This document shows positions 17,164-24,219 of a stretch of DNA of 32,000 nt, one piece after another (position 1 is the stretch's first letter; each line of letters begins with the position of its first letter). This DNA is from Pirellula staleyi DSM 6068 (GTDB taxonomy: Bacteria; Planctomycetota; Planctomycetia; Pirellulales; Pirellulaceae): contig CP001848.1 in NCBI GenBank assembly GCA_000025185.1, positions 5,910,001 through 5,942,000 on the forward strand, given 5' to 3'. Made by a program: the position numbers and the translations under genes. The notes under the pieces are model-generated. The model ran no database searches and was not told the origin of the DNA. It worked only from the letters and a program-made list of their open reading frames with translations.

Positions 17164-17847
17164 CTAGCCGGTAATCTTTTGGTGATCACGCACTGGCTCG
17201 ATGTCGACCGAGGTCGAAACGTAGCCACTGTGATGCGGAATCGGCAATTCGTCTTCGACTTTCTCACCAACGGTGAGGAAGCCAGAGCCAGTCGATTTCT
17301 TCTTGGCGATACGGTGACCCTTGATTTTGTCTTGGATACGCATCAGGCCTTCGAGCAAGGCTTCTGGACGAGGAGGACAGCCTGGGATGTAGACATCGAC
17401 TGGCACCACCAGATCGACACCCTTCACCACGTGATAACCCCACTTGAAGTAAGGACCACCACCGACGGTGCAGGCGCCCATGGCGATCACGAATTTCGGA
17501 TCGGGCATCATGTTGTAAAGGCGGCGAACGCGGCTGGCCATTTTGTAGGTGACAGTGCCAGCGACGATCATCAGATCGGCTTGACGTGGCGTGGCACGAA
17601 ACGCACCAGCACCAAAGCGATCCATGTCGTAGCGACTAGCGCCAGCGGCCATCATTTCAATCGCACAGCAGGCGAGACCAAAGGTCATCGGCCAAATGCT
17701 CGACTGGCGAGCCCAGTTGATGGCTTGCTCGACCGAGGTGGTGAAGACGTTCTCTTCCACACGTGCCTCGATCCAAGGCTGTGAAGCGAGCATCTCCAAA
17801 AGTTGCTGTTGTCCGGCTTGCTGGTTTACCACGTTTGCTGACTGCAT
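17164..17847 (-). CDS. nuoB: NADH-quinone oxidoreductase subunit B (NuoB/Nqo6) family protein, not adjacent to other nuo genes
   Basis: [39 protein letters not shown] and [15 protein letters not shown] are present. All four Cys ligands of cluster N2 are retained. Start placed at the ATG at 17847 ([10 protein letters not shown]...); the N-terminal 44 aa of the track ORF look non-coding. Confidence 0.85.
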   Translation of the reverse strand: MQSANVVNQQAGQQQLLEMLASQPWIEARVEENVFTTSVEQAINWARQSSIWPMTFGLACCAIEMMAAGASRYDMDRFGAGAFRATPRQADLMIVAGTVTYKMASRVRRLYNMMPDPKFVIAMGACTVGGGPYFKWGYHVVKGVDLVVPVDVYIPGCPPRPEALLEGLMRIQDKIKGHRIAKKKSTGSGFLTVGEKVEDELPIPHHSGYVSTSVDIEPVRDHQKITG

Positions 17848-17862
17848 GTCTTCAATTCCCGT

Positions 17863-17874
17863 CGTGAATTCACG
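17863..17874. promoter_or_regulatory. perfect 12-bp palindrome CGTGAATTCACG, embedded in direct repeat CGTCGTG-N6-CGTCGTG
   Basis: Read directly from the sequence. It lies 16-27 nt upstream of the nuoB-like ATG (17847). It could be an operator or a 5'-UTR element. Confidence 0.35.
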
Positions 17875-18083
17875 TCGTGGGACGTTTCGGAAATAACCGT
17901 GTCGAAAGTCGACGATAGGCGAGCTAGTTTGGGCCGAGCAATCGCCCTGCGCCAAACTGCTTAACATACCGCAAACCAAGGGAGTTCAGCTAGCTACCGC
18001 ACTGGGGAACTGCCAGCCCGAAACACCTTTTAGCTAACCGCATAACCACTCACTTTTTCAACCCAAACCAGCCAACTTCAGAC

Positions 18084-18860
18084 TCATGTTGCAGGTGATT
18101 CCGGGAGCGGGCTCTGCGACGGCTGAAACGTGCAGCAGTTGTCGCCGTCGAGGCGGCAAGTTGCCAGTTTGACCGAAGAGCCCAGCAATTCCGAAAAGAC
18201 CATCTTCTCCAAGGAGCAGATCCCTCGATCGTGCTCGGCAAGGTCCGGATAAGGACATGCCTGAGCCTCGAGCATGGGAAGCTGAACTTCGCCGAAAACC
18301 TCTTCGCCATTAAGACTTGCGACTGTTTTCAGGCGCACTTCAAATGGCACTTTGCGTTTCTTAAAGAGCTCGGCGACCGACTCCATGCGATCGGCCAGAG
18401 GCTGATCGGGGTCGAATTGTCCACCCAGCTCCTGCTGATACATCCCAGCCATCCTCTTGCTCAGCCGCGAGAGCAGACCGCGCCGCACTTCGGCGTTTTC
18501 GATCGTTCGTAGTTCTTCCCACAAAACCATCGCAAGATCGGTGAAATTCGAACCTGCTCGCCGACGCCCTTGCTGCGTCAAGCTGTAAAGATGAGTTGGG
18601 CGGCCGCGACCACTTCGGTGCGTGGCCCGCTCCACATCTCCCAGAGCTTGCAAGCGAACCAATCGTTGCCGAACTGCTGTTGCCGTAACCTTCATTGCAG
18701 CAGCGATTTCGGTCACGCCTTGAGGTCCGGAAGTTCGCAAAAAATCGACCAGCCCCACATCGGAAGCCTCGATCTCGCTACGGAGCGATTCCGTCGTGGT
18801 CGCCATCGACTCACTAGCGGCAGCATCAAGCTCGGTAGGAAGAGAGGACACTCGAGACAC
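18084..18860 (-). CDS. SufR-like winged-helix transcriptional regulator with a C-terminal cysteine cluster
   Basis: The N-terminal HTH reads GPQGVTEIAAAMKVTATAVRQRLVRLQALGDVERATHRSGRGRPTHLYSLTQQG. The C-terminal Cys pattern is C-x12-C-x19-C-x6-CC (ACPYPDLAEHDRGICSLEK...ATCRLDGDNCC). It is the first gene of the suf cluster. Start is either GTG 18860 or ATG 18806. Confidence 0.55.
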   Translation of the reverse strand: MSRVSSLPTELDAAASESMATTTESLRSEIEASDVGLVDFLRTSGPQGVTEIAAAMKVTATAVRQRLVRLQALGDVERATHRSGRGRPTHLYSLTQQGRRRAGSNFTDLAMVLWEELRTIENAEVRRGLLSRLSKRMAGMYQQELGGQFDPDQPLADRMESVAELFKKRKVPFEVRLKTVASLNGEEVFGEVQLPMLEAQACPYPDLAEHDRGICSLEKMVFSELLGSSVKLATCRLDGDNCCTFQPSQSPLPESPAT

Positions 18861-18929
18861 TTCCGATCGTTAACTATTGCTGATAAAACACTTACAGCAG
18901 ATTCAAGCCACGAAATCGAGAGCTGGAAC

Positions 18930-18959
18930 GGGGCAGGAAAATCGATTTCCTGTCGCCCC
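18930..18959. promoter_or_regulatory. inverted repeat GGGG-CAGGAAA-atcga-TTTCCTG-tcg-CCCC upstream of the SufR-like gene
   Basis: A 7-bp perfect core stem plus a 4-bp G/C clamp with a 3-nt bulge. It lies 70-100 nt upstream of the GTG at 18860, inside the divergent sufR-like/liv control region. Confidence 0.3.
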
Positions 18960-19080
18960 CGACAGATCAGCTCGACGTCAGTATCCTATCCGCCAGTCGA
19001 TTTTTGACAACTGCTTATGCGTAAAATATTCTCTACAATCGAAAATTGGCCGAATCGACTGAACACAACTGCCGCACTGA

Positions 19081-19110
19081 TTGACACTTGCGTGCAGATT
19101 GCGCTAGAAT
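19081..19110 (+). promoter_or_regulatory. sigma70-like promoter candidate (TTGACA-N18-TAGAAT) for the liv-type operon
   Basis: TTGACA at 19081-19086 and TAGAAT at 19105-19110. A second candidate, TTGACA (19004)-N17-TATTCT (19027), lies upstream. Planctomycete promoter rules are poorly known, so this is tentative. Confidence 0.3.
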
Positions 19111-19387
19111 CCGCCTGCTGAAAGAATTGGATCGCAAGAGCCCACTCTCGTCTGTTTCTCCCGCCAGAGAGTCTCCAGCTGCTTGTAACACCTCCGATTG
19201 TTCTGCGCCTGATAGTACAAGCCACCTGCTGCTGCCTGGGGTTTATCCCTGGCAACTTTCAGGTAACAACGTTTTGGCCCCTTCTCTCTCCAGGTGCGCC
19301 AAAAGCGAGTCGCTCAAAAGAACTTCTCACGCGATTTTGCACCCGAGCCTTCTCCGAAGACTTACGACCCGGCGAAAGGGAACCGCA

Positions 19388-20677
19388 ATGAGCCGCATGC
19401 TCCACCTCAACGGATTCTGGCCAACAGCTACCAAGTGGGTGATGCTTTCACTTGCTCTGTTCACCGCCACTCTGGTCGGCTGCAACGGCAAAGGAGATTC
19501 CGCCGCCACGTCGGGGGGCAATCCCAAGGTTATCAAAATCGTCTCGAGCTTCCCCCGCACCGGAAGCGCTAAAGCTCAAACCGACACCATCGTGAACGGT
19601 ATTAAGCTCGCCTTGCTCGAAGTCGACTACAAAATCGGCGAGTACACGATCGAGTACATCGATAAGGACGACGCGACTGCCTCGGCTGGACAGTGGACCA
19701 GTGAGGCCGAAACCGCCAACGCCGACTTTGCTCTCAAAGATCCCGATGTGATGGTCTACATCGGCACGTACAACTCGGGGGCCGCCAAGATCTCCATGCC
19801 GATGCTCAATCGCGGAAACATGCTCATGATTAGCCCGGCCAACACCTGGCCAGGACTCACCAAGCCAGGTCTCGGCGACCCAGGTGAACCCGAGATCTAT
19901 CGCCCCAGCGGAAAGCCCACCTATGTGCGTGTGGTTCCAGCCGACGACCTTCAAGGAACTTTGGCAGCCGACTGGGCCAAGTCGATGGGGATGAAAACGG
20001 TTTACATTCTCGACGACAAAGAAGTTTATGGGCGTGGCATCGCCACCCTGTTTCACGAACGGTGCGACGAAATCGGCATCCAGGTACTGGGGCACGACAG
20101 CATCGACGTGAAGAGCCAAGAGTTCAAATCCAAGATGTCGTCGATCAAAGCACTCGAGCCTGATCTTGTCTACTTCGGTGGCACCACTCAGTCACAAGCA
20201 GGCCAAATCGCTAAAGACTTGGTAGCTGCGGGACTCTCGGCCAAACTGATGGTCCCCGATGGTTGCATGGAAGCTGCCTTCATTCAGTCGGCTGGTGCCG
20301 AGAACCTGAACGACCGCTGCTACATCACATTCGGTGGACTTCCGCCGAAAGAGTTGACCGGCAAGGGGAAGGAGTTTGTCGACCGCTATATCGAGCAGTT
20401 CAAGACCGAGCCAGAAGCGTACGCTGTGTATGGCTATGAATCGGCGCGTGTAGCCATCGAAGCGATCAAACGGGCTGGCAAAAAAGATCGCGCCGCGATC
20501 GTCGACGCGGCCTTCGAACTCAAAGACATGGAGGGCTCGCTCGGGCTATGGTCGATCGACGAAAATGGCGACACCACGCTGGCGGTCCTCAGTGGCAACA
20601 CCGTGAAAGATGGCAAGTTCGAGTTTGTTCGCATACTCGATGAAACCCTTGCGAAGGCAGCCGAGAACGATCAATAG
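19388..20677 (+). CDS. branched-chain amino acid (LIV-type) ABC transporter substrate-binding lipoprotein
   Basis: The ATG at 19388 gives MSRMLHLNGFWPTATKWVMLSLALFTATLVGC, with a lipobox L-V-G-C. The body resembles the LivJ/LivK Peripla_BP_6 family (...YIGTYNSGAAKISMPMLN..., ...VYFGGTTQSQAGQIAKD...). It is followed by livHMGF-type genes. The upstream 100 codons of the track ORF (19088) are rejected. Confidence 0.85.
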   Translation: MSRMLHLNGFWPTATKWVMLSLALFTATLVGCNGKGDSAATSGGNPKVIKIVSSFPRTGSAKAQTDTIVNGIKLALLEVDYKIGEYTIEYIDKDDATASAGQWTSEAETANADFALKDPDVMVYIGTYNSGAAKISMPMLNRGNMLMISPANTWPGLTKPGLGDPGEPEIYRPSGKPTYVRVVPADDLQGTLAADWAKSMGMKTVYILDDKEVYGRGIATLFHERCDEIGIQVLGHDSIDVKSQEFKSKMSSIKALEPDLVYFGGTTQSQAGQIAKDLVAAGLSAKLMVPDGCMEAAFIQSAGAENLNDRCYITFGGLPPKELTGKGKEFVDRYIEQFKTEPEAYAVYGYESARVAIEAIKRAGKKDRAAIVDAAFELKDMEGSLGLWSIDENGDTTLAVLSGNTVKDGKFEFVRILDETLAKAAENDQ

Positions 20678-20723
20678 TCGCCTCGCCCTTCCGCGAGAGC
20701 CTCTCGTCACGCCAGCGACAACT

Positions 20724-20746
20724 GCGGTTTGACATCTGCAAACCGC
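20724..20746 (+). promoter_or_regulatory. intercistronic hairpin between the SBP gene and livH
   Basis: GCGGTTTG-acatctg-CAAACCGC is a perfect 8-bp stem. It lies 47 nt after the SBP stop and 29 nt before the livH ATG. Confidence 0.4.
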
Positions 20747-20774
20747 CTCACTGAAGCGACAGTACTGAGTCGAC

Positions 20775-21755
20775 ATGATGCATTCTCTGCTTGCCGATGC
20801 CACCACGAGTGCTCCTTTTGGCACGTTCTTGCAGCAAGTGCTGATCGGCCTCACCAATGGCTCGCTGATCGCGCTGATTGCACTCGGCTATACGATGGTC
20901 TACGGCATCATCGGGCTGATTAATTTTGCGCACGGCGATCTGTTCATGCTCGGCTCGTTCTTCGCCCTCACTGTGATCAGCTTGATCCTGGGAGTTGCGG
21001 GGGGCGAATCATCGTCGGCAGCGTTTATTTTTCTAGCGATTTTTGTATCGCTGGTCCTGGTGCCGCTGTTCTGCGCTTCGCTGAATGTCACAGTCGACTA
21101 CATCATCTATAAGCCGCTACGCAACGCCCCCAAGCTTGCGCCGCTAGTTTCGGCTATTGGCGTTTCGTTCATCTTCATGAACGCAGGACTGCTGTGGCGC
21201 GGTGCTTCCCCCGTCCACTTCCCCAACATTCTTCCGGGCGGCAACTACAACCTGTTCGAATTGATCAACTACGAATCGATTCGCTTCACTGTGAAGGATC
21301 TCACCGTCATCCTCATCACCGTTCCTGTAATGGTGGGACTCACCCTATTTGTGAAGTACACCAAACTGGGAACGGCCATGCGTGCGACCGAGCAAAGCCA
21401 ACTCGCAGCACGCCTGATGGGCATCAACGTCGATCGCGTCATCGCCGTCACCTTCGGCATCGGTGGTGCACTAGCTGGCGTTGCGAGCGTGATCTACGGA
21501 CTCACAATCAACACCGTTAGTTTTCAAATGGGGTTTCAGAACGGCATCTACGCCTTCACGGCAGCTGTGCTCGGTGGCATTGGGAGCCTCCCGGGCGCGA
21601 TGCTCGGTGGCTTGATCATCGGCCTCGTCCGCTCGCTCGGAAGCGAATACATCGGCGAGAACTGGACCAATGCCCTCATCTTTTCGATTCTGATTGCGAT
21701 CCTGGTGTTTCGCCCTTCGGGACTCCTTGGAAAAACAGGACGCGAAAAAGTATGA
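20775..21755 (+). CDS. livH: branched-chain amino acid ABC transporter permease LivH
   Basis: FLQQVLIGLTNGSLIALIALGYTMVYGIIGLINFAHGDLFMLG is the LivH N-terminal signature. The protein has multiple TM segments. Its stop overlaps the livM start (ATGA at 21752-21755). Confidence 0.9.
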   Translation: MMHSLLADATTSAPFGTFLQQVLIGLTNGSLIALIALGYTMVYGIIGLINFAHGDLFMLGSFFALTVISLILGVAGGESSSAAFIFLAIFVSLVLVPLFCASLNVTVDYIIYKPLRNAPKLAPLVSAIGVSFIFMNAGLLWRGASPVHFPNILPGGNYNLFELINYESIRFTVKDLTVILITVPVMVGLTLFVKYTKLGTAMRATEQSQLAARLMGINVDRVIAVTFGIGGALAGVASVIYGLTINTVSFQMGFQNGIYAFTAAVLGGIGSLPGAMLGGLIIGLVRSLGSEYIGENWTNALIFSILIAILVFRPSGLLGKTGREKV

Positions 21756-22897
21756 GCAGCACCAAGCCCCGTCCTCATCAACATTCCGCTGCGAAAGTGT
21801 CGCAAAAATCCCTAGCGAAATACTCGCCGGTTTCCCTCAGCACCCTGGCTGAATGGGGCGTCATCGTCGCGCTAATTCTCTATCCCTTCTTGCCGATTCC
21901 CGCCACTTACGGCACGCAGCTTTCGAACCTCTTTATCTTCGCGATCTTGGCACTCGGTTTGAATGTGGTTGTCGGGTACACCGGTCTGCTGAACCTCGGC
22001 ATCGCAGCCTTCTTCGGAATTGGTGCCTACATCACCGGCATCCTGATGGCCTCCCCCACCTATCCGTTTGGCTGGAACTTTGTGCCGACTCTCGTTGTGG
22101 CAACACTCGGCGCAGGAGCAGCGGGATTAATGCTCGGCGCACCGACGCTGCGACTCCGTGGCGACTATCTCGCGCTGGTCACCCTCGGGTTTGGTGAAGT
22201 GCTTCGAACGTCGCTCGAGAACCTCGAGGAAATCACCGGCGGCACCCGAACTCTCGGCCCAATTCCGCCCCCTGCTCCCGAAACACTCATTGGACTAGAG
22301 TTCGACTGGAGCCAAGATTTTCGGCCGTTTTACTACTTAAACCTGATCGTGCTCGCGATTGTGGTGAAGCTGCTGTTTAACCTCGAACGCTCGAAGCTCG
22401 GACGTGCATGGGTGGCGATTCGCGAAGATGAACTGGCCGCCACTTGCATGGGGATTAGCGCCGCACGTGTCAAAATGTCAGCCTTTGCGGCAGGTGCTGC
22501 GATCGCAGGGCTCGCCGGCTCGCTCTACGCCATCAATCTTGGCAACACGTCAGCCCCAGCTGCGTTTGACTTCAATCGCAGCATCATGATGCTTTGCTGC
22601 GTGATCCTCGGAGGGCTCGGAAGCATTCGTGGCACGCTGCTAGGCGTACTACTCCTCATTGGCTTCGACAACGTACTTTCACCGATTCTCGATGGCCTGA
22701 TTCAGCAGTCGGGACTCAACCCCGACGGCAGCCGTTTTTTGACGTTCAGCAGTTGGCGACTTTTGATTTTCGGCCTCGCTCTGATTCTGATGATGCGACT
22801 CCGTCCAGAAGGACTGATTCCTGCCAGCCGCGTGCAACTCGAACTGCATCCCGAGCACGAAAACGGAGCCACCATCGCCACGAAAGGAGCGACCTAA
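21752..22897 (+). CDS. livM: branched-chain amino acid ABC transporter permease LivM
   Basis: LALGLNVVVGYTGLLNLGIAAFFGIGAYI and LRGDYLALVTLGFGEVLR are typical of LivM. Its stop overlaps the next start (TAATG at 22895-22899). Confidence 0.9.
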   Translation: MSSTKPRPHQHSAAKVSQKSLAKYSPVSLSTLAEWGVIVALILYPFLPIPATYGTQLSNLFIFAILALGLNVVVGYTGLLNLGIAAFFGIGAYITGILMASPTYPFGWNFVPTLVVATLGAGAAGLMLGAPTLRLRGDYLALVTLGFGEVLRTSLENLEEITGGTRTLGPIPPPAPETLIGLEFDWSQDFRPFYYLNLIVLAIVVKLLFNLERSKLGRAWVAIREDELAATCMGISAARVKMSAFAAGAAIAGLAGSLYAINLGNTSAPAAFDFNRSIMMLCCVILGGLGSIRGTLLGVLLLIGFDNVLSPILDGLIQQSGLNPDGSRFLTFSSWRLLIFGLALILMMRLRPEGLIPASRVQLELHPEHENGATIATKGAT

Positions 22898-24219
22898 TGC
22901 CGCTTCTATCGGTCAAAGACTTGACGATGCGATTTGGTGGTCTCACCGCCGTGAAGGATGTCGATATCGATGTCGAAGCGGGGCAAATCGTATCGGTGAT
23001 TGGCCCCAATGGTGCCGGGAAAACAACCGTCTTCAATGCGATCACGGGGATCTACGAACCAACCTCGGGGACGATCGAATTCGCAGGCAGAGAACTGGTG
23101 CGTCCGTTAAATTTGCGCGTGATTGCCAGCTGCGCTGCTATCGGAATACTGACCGGCACAATGCTGATGCTCGCCGCTAGCAATATCGACCAGTTGTGGA
23201 AAGCCGCCGTGAAGCGGCCCATGGTGATCGCCTACGACACCAAGGAGCCACTCACCACAGGACAGATGCTGCGTGGTGCACGCGAATATCTGGCTGGAGA
23301 TCTGGCACTCAATCGACTCCGCAGTGGCCGCTGGACCATCATTTCTGCCGACGGCTCGATCACACTCGGGACCGAGAAAAACTATGAGCTGGCGCTCGCG
23401 CGGCGCGATCTTGTCCGTCGAGCGATCGACGATCTCGACAGCCTCCAGGTGGTACAGGCCGACAAGCTCGAACTGCAACTGGCGACCGGAGAGACGATCT
23501 ACTCGGCTGAGAACGAAGCACAAATCGACTTTTTTCGAAAACAGCTAAGCGATATTGCTGCACGTGCTACTGCCGCCAGTTTTTGGCAGATCGGTGCCAT
23601 GTTTCTCGGAACGATTCTCGGCGCTGCGGGGACCTACGTCGTTTGGAATCGCTCGCGCCGAGTACCAGAAGTGATCTCGCACGGTGGCATTGCTCGCACG
23701 TTTCAAAACATTCGACTTTTTCCGCACATGACGGTGCTCGAGAACGTGCTGATTGGCATGGATCGCAAGTTCAGCAGCAATGTGCTGGCGATGATGCTGC
23801 AGCTCCCCTTTACCCGTCAAGCGCAAAAGAATCTATGCGGCCAGGCGACCGAACTGCTGAAGCTGCTCGATATCGACTCGCATCGCGACGATTTGGCCAA
23901 AAATCTGCCCTATGGCAAGCAGCGTCGCCTGGAAATTGCCCGCGCTCTAGCGACCGAACCGAAACTCCTTTTGCTCGACGAACCAGCGGCTGGCATGAAC
24001 CCATCGGAGTCGGACGACTTGATGCAGATGATCCGCAAAATTCGTGATCGAGGGGTCACGATCGTGCTGATCGAGCACCACATGAAACTGGTGATGGATA
24101 TTTCCGATCGAATTCATGTCCTCGAGTACGGACAAAAAATCGCCGAAGGAACACCGAAAGAAGTACGCGAAAATCCTCGCGTCATCGAAGCCTATCTCGG
24201 CAAGGACGAGGTGAGCTGA
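22897..24219 (+). CDS. livG: LivG-type ABC ATPase carrying a ~190-aa internal insertion with two predicted TM helices
   Basis: The protein begins MPLLSVKDLTMRFGGLTAVKDVDIDVEAGQIVSVIGPNGAGKTT (Walker A). The insertion spans aa ~68-258. After it come GIARTFQNIRLF (Q-loop), LPYGKQRRLEIARAL (signature), LLLLDEPAAGMN (Walker B) and LIEHHMKLV. The C-terminus is LivG-like (PKEVRENPRVIEAYLG). Total length is 440 aa. The track ORF start (22594) overlaps livM and is rejected. Confidence 0.85.
   Translation: MPLLSVKDLTMRFGGLTAVKDVDIDVEAGQIVSVIGPNGAGKTTVFNAITGIYEPTSGTIEFAGRELVRPLNLRVIASCAAIGILTGTMLMLAASNIDQLWKAAVKRPMVIAYDTKEPLTTGQMLRGAREYLAGDLALNRLRSGRWTIISADGSITLGTEKNYELALARRDLVRRAIDDLDSLQVVQADKLELQLATGETIYSAENEAQIDFFRKQLSDIAARATAASFWQIGAMFLGTILGAAGTYVVWNRSRRVPEVISHGGIARTFQNIRLFPHMTVLENVLIGMDRKFSSNVLAMMLQLPFTRQAQKNLCGQATELLKLLDIDSHRDDLAKNLPYGKQRRLEIARALATEPKLLLLDEPAAGMNPSESDDLMQMIRKIRDRGVTIVLIEHHMKLVMDISDRIHVLEYGQKIAEGTPKEVRENPRVIEAYLGKDEVS

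Noticed and set aside
17164-17979. Using the full 271-aa track ORF for the NuoB homolog, and treating its C-terminal ~50-aa tail as anomalous
   Set aside because: The first 44 codons are Cys/Ser-rich and lie upstream of a good ATG (17847). C-terminal tails of comparable length exist in bona fide NuoB proteins such as E. coli's, so the tail is not evidence of novelty.
19088-19387. N-terminal 100-codon extension of the SBP ORF in the track
   Set aside because: The extension is Ser/Arg/Cys-rich and unlike protein. A canonical lipoprotein signal with an L-V-G-C lipobox starts at the ATG at 19388.
22594-22896. N-terminal extension of the livG-like ORF
   Set aside because: It overlaps the 3' end of livM in another frame and is Arg/Pro/Ser-rich. 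The conserved LivG N-terminus (MPLLSVKDLTMRFGG) begins at the TAATG junction at 22897.
23098-23670. Reading the LivG insertion as an intein or a mobile insertion
   Set aside because: There is no Cys/Ser/Thr at the N-junction, no His-Asn at the C-junction, and no endonuclease or transposase motifs. Base composition matches the flanks. The hydrophobic-polar-hydrophobic layout fits a membrane hairpin instead.
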